DNA from: Promethearchaeota archaeon
Lineage (GTDB): Archaea; Asgardarchaeota; Sifarchaeia; Borrarchaeales; Borrarchaeaceae
DNA: 5,694 nt
Assembly: GCA_048940375.1 (NCBI GenBank)
Contig: JBHLOP010000138.1
Coordinates: forward strand, 1 to 5,694
Direction of reading: 5' to 3'
Made by a program: the position numbers and the translations under genes. Under the pieces are notes generated by a model. That model had not been told where the DNA came from. It searched no databases and saw only the letters and a list, made by a program, of their open reading frames with translations. Within the stretch, counting starts at the first letter, position 1. Every line of letters starts with the position of its first letter. Of the stretch, positions 4,624 to 5,694 are shown piece after piece.

Positions 4624-5694
4624 CTACGCTTCATAGAGAGGGAGTTCTTCAATTTCGAAAACAGCGGTTGGATTTTCAAGTTTAAATTTAAGCAACACCT
4701 CGGGATGAAGTTCCCCCAAAACACCTACTTTGATACCCTTTACAAAGACCTCTGCAACTCTTCCCTCAAGAAAAGAAGGATTAACCGCAGTTTTCAGTTC
4801 AAATGGAACTCCTAAGTTGGTGAGAAGCCCTCCCACTACTGCTTGAATGTGCTCATAACTTGTAGCATAGTCAGTAATGGCTGCAGCTATTCTTGAAACA
4901 GTACGTACTTTATTTATGACAGACGAATCAGGGATTCCAACAGGACCTATTTCAAAGATTTTCTGTGGAAAAGCACTATGGGTATTTTTACTCAGAAAAT
5001 TAATGAGTCCTGGCAGTAATTGATTACGAATGGAAGTATATTTCTCACTTACAGGGTTAGCAATTTCAGTTATCTCATTAGATTCAATAAATGAACGAAT
5101 GGTCTCAAGATCATGCTTATTTGTAAGGACATAATTCAAAATTTCTTGAAAGCCCATTCCAATCATCAAATCTTTAATCTTACGTGTGAATGTGCTTAAA
5201 GGAAGTTCTCCGCCTACGGTCATTGATTGCGGAAGCTCAGGTTCCATTATATCATAGCCATAGCCAATACTAACATCCTCAATGATATCAACTTCATGAA
5301 GAAAGTCTGGTCGATATACAGGAACAAGCACCTCTAAAGTGTCATCATCAACTTCTTTTGAATCAAATCGCATCTTTTTCAGTATAGTTGTTAAATCATT
5401 CAGATTTAACCCAAATCCTAGCAGTTCATTTGTGTTTTTTAGACTCAAGTTCATTTTAGTAGGTGTGAAGTTCGGATAGACTTCAGGAGTTCTGTCAGGA
5501 TAGAGAATCTCAACCGATTCGATTTTCGCGCCACGATCGTAAAGATCGGCAAGAAGAATGTGTAGAGCATAAGTAATGATATATTCATCAGTTCCGGTCA
5601 CGTCAAAAAAGAGATTTCTAGTATCCATGTCAACTCTTGTTAGATTGCCATTTATTATTGGGGGTAGAGAGAGAACATCACCATTTTTATCTAC
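4624..5694 (-). CDS. pheT: Phenylalanine--tRNA ligase beta subunit, archaeal/eukaryal type, C-terminal ~357 aa (N-terminus outside window)
   Basis: The minus-strand frame stays open past the tracked ATG at 5628 to the window edge (..VDKNGDVLSLPPIINGNLTRVDMDTRNLFFDVTGTD..). The motifs LSLPPIIN....T.V, DVTGTD, DIIEDVSIGYGYD and the C-terminal core domain match archaeal PheRS beta. The stop is TAG at 4624-4626. Confidence 0.9.
   Translation of the reverse strand, partial: VDKNGDVLSLPPIINGNLTRVDMDTRNLFFDVTGTDEYIITYALHILLADLYDRGAKIESVEILYPDRTPEVYPNFTPTKMNLSLKNTNELLGFGLNLNDLTTILKKMRFDSKEVDDDTLEVLVPVYRPDFLHEVDIIEDVSIGYGYDIMEPELPQSMTVGGELPLSTFTRKIKDLMIGMGFQEILNYVLTNKHDLETIRSFIESNEITEIANPVSEKYTSIRNQLLPGLINFLSKNTHSAFPQKIFEIGPVGIPDSSVINKVRTVSRIAAAITDYATSYEHIQAVVGGLLTNLGVPFELKTAVNPSFLEGRVAEVFVKGIKVGVLGELHPEVLLKFKLENPTAVFEIEELPLYEA

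Noticed and set aside
1-5694. CRISPR arrays, tRNA genes, transposase/integrase genes, long inverted or direct repeats
   Set aside because: I found no regularly spaced repeats and no cloverleaf-compatible sequence. No ORF carries recombinase or transposase motifs. The only long repeat is the dioxygenase 3'-end duplication reported above.

Overview
AT-rich archaeal chromosomal segment. My spot counts give about 38% G+C in coding DNA. The archaeal assignment rests on an archaeal/eukaryal-type PheRS beta subunit, an archaeal-type PPAT, a DUF1512-like protein, BRE/TATA-like promoters about 27-30 nt upstream of start codons, and oligo-T terminators. Left to right: (i) the 3' end of a DUF1330-family gene; (ii) a stand-alone 5S rRNA gene with its own promoter and terminator; (iii) a tightly coupled pair of an uncharacterised DUF1512-like membrane protein and a small 2-TM/zinc-ribbon protein; (iv) phosphopantetheine adenylyltransferase; (v) a YgiD/LigB-type 4,5-DOPA extradiol dioxygenase; (vi) an 853-bp stretch with no intact gene; (vii) the convergent pheT gene, truncated by the window edge. 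The 853-bp gap is the unusual part. It ends in a diverged (about 80% identical) second copy of the last 96 nt of the dioxygenase gene, and the differences are mostly synonymous. Directly upstream of that copy is a roughly 210-nt G+C spike (about 56% against about 35% in the flank) made of back-to-back perfect stem-loops that I cannot assign to any RNA family from memory. The rest of the gap is AT-rich with only broken reading frames. I read this as the scar of a small or decayed insertion targeted to the 3' end of the dioxygenase gene, possibly carrying a structured RNA, but I cannot prove this without database searches. No CRISPR array, tRNA, transposase or integrase is visible.
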